Origin: Thermodesulfobacteriota bacterium | Lineage (GTDB): Bacteria; Desulfobacterota; Desulfobacteria; Desulfobacterales; C00003060 | Assembly (NCBI GenBank): GCA_034189385.1 | Contig: JAXHVD010000015.1 | Span: 58,497 to 122,496, forward strand | DNA length: 64,000 nt | Direction of reading: 5' to 3' | Part shown: one piece after another, positions 62,983 through 64,000 of the stretch | Numbering within the stretch: position 1 is the stretch's first letter | How the letters are laid out: each line of letters begins with the position of its first letter | The notes under the pieces: generated by a model | Seen by the model: only the letters and a program-made list of their open reading frames with translations | Told to the model about the DNA's origin: nothing | Database searches by the model: none | Program-made: the position numbers and the translations under genes

Positions 62983-63795
62983 TTAGGAAATTGGCCTAGG
63001 ATTGGAAGGATGGCCTAGCTTTTCTGCCCCCCCCTTCTTGGCTAACTCTCGTAGCTTTGCGTACTTCAGAAATCTAACGTATGCTGAATTTATGGAAATC
63101 ACGAATCCGTAATAGCCGTCCAAAAGGCCCAATTGTAGAAAGTATTTTTTCAAAAAAGTAAATACTGGATTTAGGAAGATGTCTAAAAGGACGTTAGCTT
63201 CTTCTCCCCTCTCGTATGCAGCACGGGCGGCAATATCAGAGAACTTATTGATTTGAGCAACATTCTCTCCAATTGTGTAATAAGAATAATGAAACAGATC
63301 CCCAGAAAGATGCTTTACCGAACTATTTCCCTCCATGACGACCTTATCATGAGGATTAACCCCCCCCCATCTGCCCTTTCTTCTGTCCCACAATCTGAGC
63401 TTCTCATCGGGATACCACCCGCAATGGCGAATCCACTTGCCACAATAATTGTTCAGTCGATTGAAGGTATATCCATCACTGTTCCAGCTCCTCTTGACAT
63501 TCAAGATTGACGCCTGGAGTTCCTTAGACAGGACTTCGTCTGCATCCAGAGACAAAACGTGGTCATTCGTTGCCTGCAACATGGCGTAATTCTTCTGTTC
63601 TACGTGACCTTCAAAGGGATTCTGAATAAACCGTCCACCCTTATTAAGACATATCTCCTTCGTATTATCTTGAGAAAAGGAATCCACCACGACCATTTCG
63701 TCAACCACCTCATGGACCGAATCCAGGCATCTACCGATATCCCTTTCTTCGTTATACGTTATGATAACGGCACTTATTTTGACTGACTTAGCCAT
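62983..63795 (-). CDS. Glycosyltransferase family 2 (LPS beta-1,4-glucosyltransferase/WaaE-like)
   Basis: IITYNEE, VVDSFSQD, LDADE, GWYPD, GLLDGYYGF. Confidence 0.85.
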   Translation of the reverse strand: MAKSVKISAVIITYNEERDIGRCLDSVHEVVDEMVVVDSFSQDNTKEICLNKGGRFIQNPFEGHVEQKNYAMLQATNDHVLSLDADEVLSKELQASILNVKRSWNSDGYTFNRLNNYCGKWIRHCGWYPDEKLRLWDRRKGRWGGVNPHDKVVMEGNSSVKHLSGDLFHYSYYTIGENVAQINKFSDIAARAAYERGEEANVLLDIFLNPVFTFLKKYFLQLGLLDGYYGFVISINSAYVRFLKYAKLRELAKKGGAEKLGHPSNPRPIS

Positions 63796-63887
63796 CTTTA
63801 CTCCATATGTACTACTATCCCTTCTCCCACATCTTTCTCCCATCGCGAACTTACAGAGCCATTTGACACATTCTGAAACAATGAATG

Positions 63888-63912
63888 ACCCCGCCGCAAG
63901 CGGGCGGGGTAT
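63888..63912. repeat. REP-like palindrome
   Basis: ACCCCGCCGCAAGCGGGCGGGGTAT, similar to 19180-19203. Confidence 0.55.
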
Positions 63913-64000
63913 CTAAGCCCCTTGGAACGTTTTATGAAAATTTGAACAACTTGAGCTGCTTCATCCGAGTTTCCATTTCTTTCTTGGTCTTACCCTGATT

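Overview
Chromosomal window from a deltaproteobacterium-like anaerobe (Desulfobacterota inferred from gene content). Core blocks: htpX (partial); an HTH-PTS IIA/ClC/USP operon; clpB; a Liv-type ABC transporter without ATPase genes; a ccmABCDEF cytochrome c maturation operon with a CxxxY-type CcmE, convergent with two paralogous 12-heme cytochromes; tRNA-Leu-tig-clpP-clpX-lon-tRNA-Val/tRNA-Asp; an amidase and tRNA-Pro; DUF4416-yicC-remA-gmk-rlmB-mnmG-icd-comF; and an LPS core/lipid A cluster. An accessory region follows tRNA-Pro (about 27.2-47 kb). It holds integron cassette remnants (one clear attC, a membrane-protein cassette, an inverted Phd-VapC pair), secreted hydrolases, an octaheme cytochrome, an orphan CheX-CheX-FliN fusion and several MITE/REP-like repeats. 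The most intriguing signal is a secreted C45-family hydrolase whose apparent TGA stop (31470-31472) lies at the Cys position of a Gly-rich 'GG-C-(F/L)I' C-terminal motif. It is directly followed by a SECIS-like hairpin, suggesting a selenocysteine-containing C-terminal sorting tail. All calls are from motif recognition by eye; no database searches were run.
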